A stretch of DNA of 63,186 nt, filler included, from Asterionella formosa (lineage: Eukaryota), in NCBI GenBank assembly GCA_002256025.1. It is 4 parts of 4 records of this genome, joined end to end, with 100 filler letters (N's around TTAATTAATTAA, not from the genome) between each part and the next. Parts side by side here need not be neighbours in the genome. Positions count along the whole stretch, not along the records: positions 1 to 15,744 come from NKIB01005288.1; 3 more parts are not named here. One strand, 5' to 3'. Made by a program: the position numbers and the translations under genes. Below are positions 1 through 12,915 of the stretch, in pieces. Numbering within the stretch: position 1 is the first letter of the stretch; every line of letters starts with the position of its first letter. Below the pieces are notes generated by a model. The model did no database searches. It was not told the DNA's origin and was given only the letters and a program-made list of their open reading frames with translations.

Positions 1-287
1 AACGTTTTCGTTTTGGCTTGGTTTACGAGTCCGAAGGCGATTCCGGTGCAGCTCATGATGAGCAACTGGTACGCCTTGTCGTTGGCCTCGTAGATAGCCC
101 TGACTCCTTTGTCTGTCTCCAATTCGTACTCTTCGTCAGAACACGGGTTATGGTTCTTGGAGTACATCGTTCGGAATCCTCTTGCCTTCGCCAGAGCGAG
201 CGTTTTAACGCTCCACTGGTACCAGTTCGTTTCGTTGCCATCAAACTTGATGAGCCTCATGCTCTCTTCAGACATTTCTGTAGACAT
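1..287 (-). mobile_element. Ty1/Copia LTR retrotransposon gag N-terminus (runs off window start)
   Basis: Manual translation from ATG 287: MSTEMSEESMRLIKFDGNETNWYQWSVKTLALAKARGF...YEANDKAYQLLIMSCTGIAFGLVNQAKTK, open to position 1. The FDGxNxxxW motif is typical of Copia gag N-termini. Confidence 0.75.
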
Positions 288-316
288 GTTAAAACACTTA
301 AGTCCGTTTATAAACG

Positions 317-742
317 TGTTAAAGTATTACCTTTTGTATAGATCTATATCGTTAGACAAAGAAGACTATAGATAGAGACGTTCGTTTCTCTTTCCGTTTC
401 TATGTTCTTATTGTGAGTTTACTAATCTAGTTTAGGTTGTTCTGTTTGAACAAAAACAAACGAACTATTCTCCAAATGCTGTTTGCATTTCTAGGAACAT
501 ACAATCATAGATAGACCCATGTCTATCTCACACTTACTGATCATAGGTATTTAACCATGATCATTCATTTCAAACTATCGGTCTTCCGAAATAGCTTATA
601 TTGTCCGGCTCATAATAGTCGGAGTAACAAAGTATAATGTGTGGTTGATGAGAGCTTGGTACATCAAAGTTGACTCATTCGAATCGTTTGACTCGTTTGA
701 CTCCGAGTCCTAACTACGTAGATGAGCTCACTTTAATTAACA
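317..742 (-). mobile_element. Putative 5' LTR of the Copia element (426 bp)
   Basis: Minus strand begins TGTTAA at 742 and ends TTAACA at 317 (TG...CA with a 6-bp terminal inverted repeat), 29 nt upstream of the gag ATG. The second LTR is outside the window. Confidence 0.5.
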
Positions 743-943
743 CCTGTGAACATCAGTTGTAGACTTCCGTTAACTGGTACCTGGTCTTTTATATTTGCCG
801 TCTAAAAAAATTGGTACCGGGTAGTCTCTGAGAGCCGTCGGAAGTGCATTTGCAGTCACTTTGACTCGTTGCTTGTCGTCACACAAAGTGTACTACATTG
901 TTAGTCCATTGTGAAAGCTCATTATACTAAACAAGAAGCCATC

Positions 944-2555
944 ATGTCAGGTGAAAGTGAGTACTACCAGGGTAGTTGCTTGTTATAAGGAATGGGGTAA
1001 TGTAATATCGCTCCGCTATTTGTGACTTGTCGTCTGTGTTTCTGTTTCTCACCAACACTTTCCCTTCACCCATCAAAAGCAAGTGGAGCACGAGGTGGCC
1101 TCTTTGGTGCTGGAGGTCGCTTCAAGGGAGGAACTGATCCCATTATGGAGAAGTTCAACGAGTCCATCCATTTTGACAAGAGGTGAGTGTGGTGTCCCAG
1201 CATGATTTAGGGACGGAGCGATCTATAGACTGACGATATCATGCATTTCATTAATTTATGTTTATAGAATGTGGAAGCAAGATATTAACGGATCTATTGC
1301 CTACGCCAAAGCCATCGCGAAAGTGGGAATCATCACACAAGAGGAAGGATTACTACTTCAGGAAGGACTGGAAAAAGTCAGAGACGAATGGGCCGCTGGT
1401 ACTTTTGAGCTCAAGGCGGGTGATGAAGATATCCACACTGCCAACGAACGTAGGCTCACCGAAATCATAGGACCTACTGGAGGAAAGCTTCACACTGGAC
1501 GTTCTAGAAATGACCAGGTGGCGACAGATACTCGTCTCTGGACAGTCGATGCCGAACGTGATATTCTCAAAGATATTGCTGTTTTGTTGGAGGCTGGAGC
1601 TGACTACGCCGAGCAGCACATTGATGTCTTGATGGCGGGATACACTCACTTGCAGCCTGCTCAGCCCATTCGATTCTCTCATTGGATTTGCTCTCACCTT
1701 GCTCCCATCATGAGAGATGCCCAGAGACTTAAAGAACTCATTCCTCGGGCCAATCAATGCCCGCTTGGGTCAGGTGCCCTTGCAGGAAATGCATTTGGCG
1801 TCGACCGCGAATTCCTAGCCGAGGAACTTGGCTTTGATGGCGTGACGTCAAACTCGTTGGACTCGGTTTGTGATCGGGACTTTGTCGTGGAGTTTCTCAT
1901 GTGGAGCACTCTCTTATTGACTCATTTGAGTCAGTTTGCCGAAGATGTCATTATTACCAACTTGCTGAAGGGAGTTGATATTGATGATGCGTATTCGACT
2001 GGATCTAGTCTGATGCCCCAAAAGAAGAATCCCGATGCATTGGAACTCTTGCGTGGAAAGGCTGGGATTGCGCTTGGCCGTGCTGTTGGCTTCACAGCCA
2101 CACTCAAGGGTTTGCCTAGAGCCTATAACAAGGATTTGCAAGAAGACAAGGTGCCGCTCTTTCAATCTGTGGATACGACCAAGGATTGTCTGGCCATTGC
2201 AACAGGTGTGTTGGTGACAATGAAGCCTAACCAGGAAAAGTTGATGCAAGCTCTTTGTCCCGAGATGCTTGCCACTGATCTTGCTGATTATTTGGTCCGT
2301 AAGGGAGTACCGTTCCGAGAGACTCACCACATTTCTGGTGCTTGTGTCCGACTATCAGAGGAACAAAAGGTTAGTATTGACACATTGACACTGGAGCAGT
2401 TGCAGGTAATCGATTCTCGATTTGAAGAGGATGTCATGAAGGTTTGGAACTACGAAGTGAGCGTGGAAAGAAAGTCGTCCACTGGTGGAACTGCCAAGGC
2501 ATCAGTGCAGCAGCAGATTGATGATCTTCGAGCCTTTGCTAGGGGGTTGGCTTAA
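944..2555 (+). CDS. ASL: Argininosuccinate lyase; exons 944-956, 1080-1182, 1268-2555
   Basis: GT-AG introns 957-1079 and 1183-1267 give in-frame MSGETSGARGGLFGAGGRFKGGTDPIMEKFNESIHFDKR-MWKQD. Contains HTGRSRNDQ, GYTHLQPAQP and the fumarate-lyase signature GSSLMPQKKNPD. Confidence 0.97.
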
Positions 2556-2789
2556 GAGCAGACATCAAGCATGACGAGATAGTTATAATTTACGCACATG
2601 AAGGCAGAAAGTGATTGTCAAAATATATAGACTCATCTTCATTAATTTCTCCATTTTATTTAATTGTATTAGGAGTTTGGTGATACATGATTGATGTTTG
2701 CTACCTATGCAAAATAGGGATATCTAATGATGCAAAGGAAGTTGTCATGACGAGGTTAGAATTGTCTAGAAAATGTCAGCAGAGTGCAA

Positions 2790-3230
2790 ATAGCGGGTAT
2801 CGATATTATTACTGGGGTGCCAGATGGAACATAAATGATTTAATGCCATGTTGACCAGAGCTGCAAATTTCCAAATCTAAATTTTGGTGTTTTTGTGAGT
2901 GTTCGGAAGCCAACTGGTGGAATGTGTAGAAGGCAAGATAAGGCTATATTCAAACAATATTCTTTCGTAGCTATGCTGTGGACTGGCCCTACTGGCAGGA
3001 GACCCCTCCTCTCCAATGAAAAAGATGCAGGTGTCATGATGAGTAGTTTCAGATGCTGATGGTACTGTCTAATCAGGGAAATGGATTCATTGATCTCAAA
3101 TCCAAAGAATGTTCAGTAGCAAGGACTTGGTGTGCAGATGGAGAAGTGGTAACAGAAATCTAAGATACTGCAATTAGGGGCCACTTTAAGAGACCCTTCC
3201 TAACCTACTTTGAATATGACAAGAACAAGT
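2790..3230 (+). pseudogene. Decayed IS630/Tc1-like (DDE_3-type) transposase fragment
   Basis: Reading through stops gives MI*CHVD..FGVFVSVRKP..RQDKAIFKQYSFVAMLWTGPTGRRPLLS..GVMMSSF..PFLTYFEY. This matches the EFHVD / GQDExIFKQ / WxGPxGxRPLLPK pattern I recognise from stramenopile/fungal DDE transposases. Confidence 0.55.
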
Positions 3231-3533
3231 CTGTCTATCAGTTTTGTACACAATGACTTTCTTCCAAAGCAACTGCAGTATCTCGTCGACGACAACTCGC
3301 CCAATACAAAATGGGAAATTAAGTTGATCATGTGATAATGTTCCCAACACACTTTTGGAAAACCTGTGTATTGTTCGCCAAATGGAGTTCATAGCATATC
3401 CATGCAACACTTTTCTTGGGGAATGAGCAAGATAGTGCATCTGCAACACTGTCCAAGGTGCAATGGCTAATACAAATTCTCTGTGTACTCAAAGTAAACA
3501 CCATTTTCCATCAAGACCAGCATTCTTACCCAT

Positions 3534-6500
3534 CTAGTCCACAAGGTCGATCACCCCAGCGCCTCCAATGGCGTCGATGCTGTCTTGTCGATGTACTTCT
3601 AGCTGCTGCAGCGCATGGATTATTGCAGGACTGTTTTGGAACGTCGTGTTTTGTTTTCTTATCTGATCATTCTTCAGAGCGAAATAATGGGAAAATTTTT
3701 CACTGCGTCGAAATGAGATCGAAACCGGGGGGACTCTCAATTTGTATGTGATCTGCGCAGTAGCATCTTCCAAACTTGTGCCTCGAGGAAGAAACTGCCC
3801 ATTGACAGCAAGTACAATATCTCCTTCGCGTAATCCAACGTTGGCCAGCGAATGGGATAAATTTACAACGACAAGGAAACCATCGACGAGTTGTATGTTC
3901 AGTCCAAGATTTGGACCATCAAAATGGCGATCAAAATCTTGCGCATCTTTAAGTACGGAATCAAAGTCTATAGCAGATATGCTGGGAACTGGCGGAGGCG
4001 TATCATCACGTATTGGAGGATTTGCCGCAAAAAAATTTGAGAATTCAGTATCTTCGGCAAACATAAGCTCCACCGGTGACCGGGAAAGTTTAATCGTGCG
4101 TGCCAGGAAAAGTAGAGCGTTATTCAATTCCCAACCATATGGAATGTATTTGTTGTTGCAAGCAACAACAATATCCCCGGGTGCTGGCTTCGTATACAGT
4201 CCGAGCTGTTCAATACGTTTTTCAGATTGACCACGAACTACGATGCGACCACTATACGCGACTATATCAAGCCCATAGGTTTCGCCAGAGAAATGCATCT
4301 TGTACAATCGAAGCCCAGGAAATGACTTAGATAGAAGCCAATCTTTGACGAAGGGCTGCGGAGGTGATTGTCGCCGATTATCAGCCTCGCGATGATTGTC
4401 GAATGATTTTCCGGCTTCGTCTTCATCGTCTGATAAGCAGATGGCATCAGCTTCTGAACTCCCCACTTTTTGGCCTTTTGGTATACTTTGCAAATTTTCT
4501 AGTTCTTTTGACTCGCCCTCCAAGTCATCGTCATCTGATTCACTCGCTCTGAGCATGGCTTGTTCCTCTTCTTCCAATTGATGGATTTCATTGACAATTT
4601 CCTCCTCCACCCCGTCATCATCAATGATAAATTTTGGCTCCGCGCCATCGTCGAAATCTTCGCCGTCTTCCTCCTCAGTCGTCCGTTCAAGGGACATCCT
4701 CCACTCTTCGGCTCCCTTGTATGTCTTGTGTACTACCATCTTCATTTTCTCTTTTCCTTCGACAAATTCGCCAAGGTTCCGAAACTTCTTTTCCACGTGC
4801 TTCCAAAGAATCTCGTCAAGGGTGCCTTTGGCAACGATGTAGAGACATCGGACTCGAGCTTGTTGGCCGATGCGATGGCATCTATTTGGTGGACAATTAT
4901 TGGTAAGCGCTCAATACTAAAGGGGCGATGCACAGACCCCGTCAAACTTACCGGTCTTCGGCTTGAATCATTAAGGCTGGTGTCCAAAACAGCTCGGCAA
5001 ACCAAACATGAGACGAAGCTGTTAGTGTGACCGCAACCCCTGCGGCTGTGATGCCCAGCAAAGCTATTCTCACCGTTGGATCTTTCTGAAACTTGTTGAT
5101 TTGCTCTTGCCTAAATTTCGGGCCAGTTGAACCATCAATGCGAATAAATTTCGTACTACAACCTTCTGCATTTGAAAGTCCAGCTAACCTCTCGATCTCA
5201 TTCAAAACAAAAATGTGATGAGCAAAGATACAGAGCTTTCCTTTCCCCGGATCATCGATCCGTTTCTTTAACATCTCCACAATAATAGGAACTTTGACTT
5301 TGCCAGTCATTTTGAACATATGCATTAACACTGACTTTCGAGAGGGAATCTCCGCTTGGGGTTCTCCTAGAGAAACTGCTGAATTTCTAGAGCGCAGCAG
5401 ATCCAATCGTTCAGCGTAGAAAGCGCGACAACGTTGCTGAAGATTCTGGTCCTGTTCACTCATATATTTTTGCATGTCTACTGGGTCGAGGTGAGAAATA
5501 AGTCCGGCCAATTCCTCTTGGATCCGCATTTTTCCTTGTTGATACATGTGTTGCATTTCAAAGGTCGCTTGATCCTCAAGTGAGTCATGAGGATACGCTG
5601 GGTTAGAATATGTTGCATCCGAGTCGACCTCAAGAGGGACTTCGTTGGCTCGATCAGAATTTGTTACCCCTTGCGCTATCTTCCCCAGTGCCCCTTTTCC
5701 TTCACGAAGTGATGCAATGCATTGTTGGAATTCTTTCCTTTGTGATTCATTGATGACTTCTACGATAGCTTGTTCTCGCACTTTCGCCGGAAGCGACTTC
5801 AAGATGTCATTCTTCATTCGGCGAATCATTATCGTCCCAGTGAGCATAGTGTGCAATTCAGCACGACGTTGTTTGCTTCCCCCCTTGGCGTATTTTTGAA
5901 TGAACTCATTCTCCTTAATATCCCATCCATTCTTCGCAGTTCCAAGAATCATAAGCTGAGGCCATAGCTCCATTGGTCTAGCGAAAGCCGGAGTGCCCGA
6001 AAGCAGAACACACCTCCTAGTAGCTTGTAGCACTGGTAAAAGATGTTGGGTGCGCTTCGACTTCTTGTTCTTGAGCATGTGAGACTCATCAACGATTGCA
6101 CACTTGAAAAGACCCGGGAAAATTCGTTTATTCTTGATCATAGCGGGCGCAAGGCCATAAGAGCAAATAACAACTTTTGTGTCTTTATCCGGAAAGACTG
6201 TTTCCTTTCCAGATGTCAGTACATGTACTTGACGTTGCGTCAAATGTTCCATGCAAGGCTTTTTGTCACTTGGTGGAGATGGAGGCGACGATCTACAGCC
6301 CATACTGTCGTCACCAATTTCAGCTTCTTCATCTGGAGGACCTGTTGGCAGCTTCAGAACGTCCTGCTTCTGTTCACCGAGCCAGTTTACAAACTCGATT
6401 TGCCAATGGTATCGAGCACCGCTGGGGCACAATACCAGAACCGGCCATTCTTCGTGATAGAGGGACATACTTGCAATGCCCTGAATCGTCTTTCCGAGTC

Positions 6501-7732
6501 CCTGAAAATTGACTGATGTTAGGCATTGCATCTCTTAATTTCCACTATCTATTAGGATTAAAACTTACCATTTCATCAGCAATCAAGGCACGTCCTCCTT
6601 TTTCGTACACGAACTCGACACCGCCTCGCTGAAACGGGGCCAGCGTATTCGCAATGTTTGGTGGTACGCCTAAGTCCACGAGCTTCTTTTCCGACGGGTA
6701 ATCCTTCTCCAACCGCGCTTTACCCAGGGATGCAATCTTGAGCTGAGTTTCGTCGATGCCATTGACAGTTGTGTTTGGTTGCGCGGCGAGAAACGAATAG
6801 AAACTTCGATAGGCACCAAGTGGGATTCGCCATTTACCCTCCTGGGTTTCAGTATCACGTTCGAAGATGGCCTTTCCATGATCACGAGCAATGCTTTTGA
6901 TGTGGACACGTAGTCCTGACAAGCTTGTGGTTTCGTACCCCAAATTACTTGTGCCGCCATTGACCGTGAACTCAGACACATTAAGAAGTGATAGTTCGTA
7001 ATACTTCATCGCTGCCTGCTGTTGCAAAGTGCCCACTTTTGTAGCTTCTTCAAAAGACTGAAGTGCTTTCCATGTCGGAATATATCCAAAGTTTTGGGGA
7101 ATATATTGTGGTTCTGTAAAGAAATATTGCTGAATTTTCATAGCAGCACCATAGATTCCTTGTGGTGCCTCCTGTGCTTGGGGTTTGTTTAGGTGATTCG
7201 CCATCGCAACTGGGTCACTTCGCCTCATCCACCCCGGCATGTTCTGTCGCCTCGCCAGATACGATGCCTCACCACCGGAAAGTGGCCTCTTCGCGAAAGC
7301 TTGTCCTTCTGTTGGATACTTTCGTTTAAAATTTGGAGATCCTAGTTGGTCGGTTTCATCGCTTTTGTTTCCTGCCTCATCATCAGAATCCAGTAACTCA
7401 ATGACTGCTTCATTTGAAATTGATCCGGTCTGACAGAAGGTAATTTCCTCCCCGATTAATGGCGATCTCCTTGCTGACATCTTTTCGTTCTTTTGCAAGT
7501 CGAGCGCTTCTATTGAAGCAGAATCAGTCATATATTCTGAATGAAATTCTAGCGTCAGGTTATGTTGAAATTCTCCATGCATTGACCCTTTATCGCTCAA
7601 TTCATCTCCGATTAAATCCATTGCCTCCCAAATTGAATTGCTATTAGAATTACCGTATGATGGACTCACAGTCGAAGTCTCTTGAGGGTCCAAAGCACCT
7701 AGATCGTTATTTTGACCAAACCCTGTTTCCAT
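3534..7732 (-). CDS. SMARCAL1/ZRANB3-like SNF2 annealing helicase with C-terminal PDZ-like repeats; exons 7732-6569, 6501-4952, 4881-3534 (1353 aa)
   Basis: Introns 6568-6502 and 4951-4882 (GTAAG...AG) join LIADEM|GLGKT and QAEDR|CHRIGQ in frame. Has IVDESH, LSGTP, a HARP-like WRIPLGAY segment before motif I, and a tail with two GLxI...GDIVxAxN units. Confidence 0.9.
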
Positions 7733-10700
7733 CGTGTTTTCTTCGCTTCAAGGTCTACTATGATATTCTTCCATTCATTCAAAGGCGAATTCCTGAGTAA
7801 TGAGGAAATGCCCTTCTTCACGACATCAATACGATGGCAAACAATGACGATTGACAGTAAGGAAGCATCCAACAAATAGGATTATAGCGATGACATTTGG
7901 AACTTCACAGGCTGTACTCCTGAGTACCGGGTAGGAGTGCTATGTTGTTTTAAGTCGAAATTATATACCAGCAGTTGTATACCGGTAGTCTAGTACATTT
8001 CTTACTGCAAATATTGACCATTTGGTTGATCAAGATATACTCGGTAATTCTTGAACCTACCCATACACATACTGTATTATTGTTAGAGCTACCGAAATGG
8101 GAGTACTTTCCTTCTTTCTTCCCAAACTATGGTTCGTAATAAATCTAACAAGCACGTTGAAGAAAATGAGCAATTTAGCTATGTTTTCAGTAGAGTCAAA
8201 ACCATCTTTCACCGCAACTCCCACAAGCAACTTGTGGTCATTTTGCTGAAATTATAACGTGACGCAGGACAGGCGCTTAAGGACACATAAAACGACATTA
8301 ACTCACTCTTTAAAATCGTCAGTACACTAGGTTTTAAGCTACTCTTATTCTTCCAAACAGGGAAACGTCAAAACGTGAAAAAATGGCTTAAGAAAAAACA
8401 AATGACAATGACTGGTAAGGGCTACCCGAAGCAAAAGGAAGCTATATAGTATGCAATTCTTGCTTACGTTGCTTTATTCTCTCCAAACTCAAAATCGTTC
8501 GCCTTCTCCGGTTTAGTGATAAAAACTACCTATCTTAATTAATGATTTCAATATTCGTTGGAATCGGAAATCATAGTAAATGCCAGCATGCCAGCATCAT
8601 CGTAATGACTAACCCGATATAACTAGGTACACTTCTCTCTCTGTCCAATATCAGCCAGTTGCGTTGATTATTGGAACCCCAAGTGCCAAGCAGCATAGTT
8701 GAGGACGGATTACGTAGAATACATACCATCTTTCTTTTCTTGTGTGGGTTTGCTTGCTCGAGAAAATGCTTTTGTATTATTTATTTATATGTGAGTATAA
8801 ACTTGCAATCACCAACTAAATCATTAGCATCTAAATAAATTAATCAAAACCAATTTAAAATACATATTTTCATTGAGCACATCTACATATCACCAAACGC
8901 TGTTTTACATTTGTCTGTGAATAGATTTTCCATTAGATCTAACGTTTTACTCAGCATATGTTAAAAAACTGATTGATCATTCAAATATTTTGACATGTTG
9001 ATGATAATTTTGATATATCAACAGCAGTGCCCGTATGATCAATCAAGTTTGTACATTAGGTTAGTAGCATACACATGTTAGGTTATGCGTATATAGTAAG
9101 AACTCGTATATATTAGTTAGCAAATCTAATCGGTTAACTAAAATTGTTGATATATTGATCAAATGTTGTGTTGCGTTGATGAAAATTTTGATATATTAAT
9201 GACCATGTCGGTGTGGTCAATCAAATTTGTTTGTCAGATTATTTTCTTACACAAGTCAGGTTACGCATAGATAGAAGTCATATACATAAGGTATCAAAAC
9301 TAATATGCTAACCAAATGCTTTGATATATTGATACATTGTTTGATTGATCAATAGCTGTTGTTCTTTGATCAATTATTGTTTTAGCAAAGGTTATGACTT
9401 TACACAGATCACCTTACGTGCTGTATGTAAGCCTTGTACCCAACGATGCTATCAGAATGAATTCTGTGCAACAACGGTGCGTTCCTTGTTGCCATTCCGA
9501 ATTGAATGCTATACTGGTACATGCTTTGATCCAATTCTTGTACCGGTAGTATTTGTCATTATCTCTCCATTCGCATATCAGTAATCGAATTTCTTACAAG
9601 CCATGTGCGTTTGTTTAACAATCCCATACAAGCTACCTTCTTGTGGGGAAGACGATGATGTCAGTCTTATAACGAATGATATAGTCTCGATATTGATGGG
9701 GAATTATGCTGGCGAAGTTTGATTGTTTGTTTGTTACTCGAAATCAAAAGCTTTGGTCAATTTATATGACAGAATTGGAGAACGATGCATTGAAGGCCAT
9801 ACCCAATTCCAATTCCAACCGAAATCAAGAAGATAATACCTTTTGATCATAATTCGCCCATTGCGAACATCAATCCGTATTTCGAATCTGTTCTTCAAGA
9901 TGAGATGTGGATCTTAGTGAAGATGGACCAGATGGCGGCGTAGTTTGTTGCTCATGGCCTTAATCACCATGGGTCTTCCATTCTCATTGACTAGCTATTG
10001 GCAAGCACGTTTGTATGCTGCAGAATTAGAGCCGCAACGTCACTAATCAGGAAGTAGCTTCATTTCATTCAGGAAATAGTAGCATCACATGAACCTTAAA
10101 TTGAAGAGGGTTCGAAATAACAATTGTAACTTTGCTTAATAACATTGTAATATCCCATTGTTTTAAGACATCTCTTTATCGGCAACATCAGACCCCATTG
10201 CCACACATATACTACTTTCCACAAAGTGACCGCTTTATATATATAGCTTAAATACTATATGTAGTGTAGCTTGTCCCACACATATGTTCTCGCCACTCCG
10301 AAGTGTAGCAAAAAGCAAAATTAAAGGCAACTCCAGAAATGATTGCCAATCCGGAAGAAGTAGTCCATGACTTGTTACCAAAGAGTTCCGAAATTGTAGG
10401 AGTGATTGGGAAAGTAAATAAAGAACAGATCGAGGAGGAAAGTGATTTTTCCCATTTATCCAGTAAGGCATTGGAAATATTGAAACAGGACATGGTTGCC
10501 AGTCTGGATGTAGTTCATGGGTGCATTTGGTGGCATATTGTTGTCTTTCTGATGTAGTCTAAAATCTCGAGGAAAGTGAGTTTTCCATAAAATCATCGCT
10601 GGTCCTATATGATTCCGAAATTTCTTTGAAGTTTCAAATGATGTTTTGTTAAACAAGCCAAACTCTAGGACCACATAGAATTTGTTGAGAACAAAATCCA

Positions 10701-11138
10701 GGACACTGTCATCTAGTCTCTTCTCCTTGCCTTGTCATCCTGATCAAAGTATCTAACCAGTAAGAGTCGTTCCTTACTCTTCCGTTGTCTCTTGAACAGA
10801 CATGAAATACGCCATAGAAACACGTTTTTCCTGATTGAAAAATCTGCGATCGGTATCCCCTTCACAACCAAGATCGTTCCATTCCTTGTAGCACTCGGAA
10901 CATTTGCCATTCCAGATAACAAGTGATATATGGCACTATAGATAGCGTGCAAATGTCAAGTTGTCAAGTTGTCAAGAAAAACGTGACTGTAACAGAACAA
11001 GGAAGCAGAAAGGGATAATGGTCTGTCAACTATAGGATTATACAGTGGGCAAGTGCTGGATCGGAAGCAATGCAGCACCGACATACTCAGTAATAGACAT
11101 TAGATTGGTAGCGCAAAGCTTCTGTTTCATAGTACCTG

Positions 11139-11397
11139 GTACCAGCTTAGTAATAGGTACAGTTTCACTGTAGCCACCACGTCATGTTCCAACCGGATAT
11201 TGCGACAAGGGGAAGAAGGGAATGCTGGTAGGGCAAACCTACAGTTTCACAGTACCAGCGTAGTAATAGGTACAGTTTCACAGTAGCCACATCATGTTCC
11301 AACTGGGTATTGTGACAAGGGGAAGAAGGGAATGCTGGTAGGGCAAACCTACAGTTTCACAGTACCAGCGTAGTAATAGGTACAGTTTCACAGTACC
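11139..11397. repeat. About 110-bp tandem repeat, about 2.3 copies
   Basis: Unit GTACCAGC(G/T)TAGTAATAGGTACAGTTTCAC...GACAAGGGGAAGAAGGGAATGCTGGTAGGGCAAACCTACAGTTTCAC is repeated. Confidence 0.9.
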
Positions 11398-12823
11398 GGG
11401 TATTCGAATTCCTGTTAAATCTTGTATATTTTATCTAATCATACATCCTGGTAGGGTATTAAATGTTCCTTCGAAAAAGTTACTAGACATACAGAGATGA
11501 ATGTTATACATACTTTTTAAAGAAGAGGAAATGTTGAGATATTGTTAAAAAAATTCATGCCAGTAATACATTCTATTCCACATAACAAACTGATGAGGGA
11601 ATGGTGATAGAGAGCCTTCTTCTACCGGTATCAAACCAGCCGGTGAGAAGAGGTAAGTTATATGATTCTTTTGATTCTCAGCTGTGGCTACCAAGGGGCT
11701 TATGATTGGTACCGTGTGAGACCGGAAGCAAACTATAAAATTGTATCGCTGTTTGTGTGCGCTGCAACCACTCAAAGTTTCTACCCTTGCTCAGGACGAA
11801 CGATAAAAATCAACCTAATTACAAGGTAAGAATCCGCACTTAATATCTTTGTGCACAATGCTGCAGAGGGTTTGTAGTGTCTGTGTCCAATAATTTGGAT
11901 TTCGACATTCATAACATCTTTCACTTCCATATATCCAGATGTGAGGGTTAACAACGCTATCTGTCATCCATCAATCAACAGTTAGAGCATAGGTAAGTTA
12001 CTATACTCTCATTTGATGCTCATTATGTCGATTGGAACGACGTGAAGTTACTATAAAGATTGTTTATGATGTCATCAGTTCGTGGCACATGTGTGGCTGG
12101 AGATGCTTTAATCGTTGCAACATTTTGCTAACATTGATATTATCTCCTCAAAATCATACAGGAACCTTGGATAATGTAGCTTTCTACCATTCTTAATGGA
12201 AGCAACAATCAACCATGAGAGCACAGGTAAGTTATATGCACATTGCCTGCTCATACGGAAATTGGAGTGATGGATTGTTCATGTGATTGTTTCGTTGCAC
12301 ATATCTTTGTTTAGATGCCTTGCTTACTTGATGCAACAGTTTTGCTAACATTGTTGTTATTATCTCTTACAGGAAAGTCATACAAGAACATTGAAGAATG
12401 TGACTTGTTGCCATTTGCAATGGTAGAGGTTCGAATAAAGCATCATCAATTTCATTTACTCTCTCATTTCATTTTGAAAAGGCAATGATCTAAACATAGC
12501 TACCGGAAGTGAAAATTAAGAGATTGAAGACCACTGTGTGCTCATTCTGATAGAGGATGCACAGTGGAAAGTATGAGTGACCAGAAGTAGAATATTTGAG
12601 CATTAAATAGCAATCCATTTAATTCGATTTGTGTTCATCATTGATCAAACTTGATAATAGGTTTGATCAATGAGAGAAATAAGTTAGATCAGTAGTAATG
12701 AACGTTAGATTGAAAGCTAAAATTTTATTTGATATTAGCATTCCAAAGGTTAGACCGAATGAATAACTGATTTGATCTCATGATTACTATCTATAGATCG
12801 AACACCAAAACGTTAGTTGATAT

Positions 12824-12915
12824 CAATCAGTTTTTTGTATGATCAATCAGTATTTCTGTATGATCAATCAATATTTTTGAATGATCAATCAGTTTTTTTG
12901 TATGATCAATCAAAA
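12824..12915. repeat. Subterminal array of about 21-bp GATCAATCA units
   Basis: (TGATCAATCARTWTTTYTGTA)-like unit repeated 4-5 times just inside the TIR at 12999. Confidence 0.8.

Noticed and set aside
12824..12915. Regularly spaced short repeats resembling a CRISPR array
   Set aside because: No unique spacers and no cas genes; eukaryotic TE subterminal repeats.
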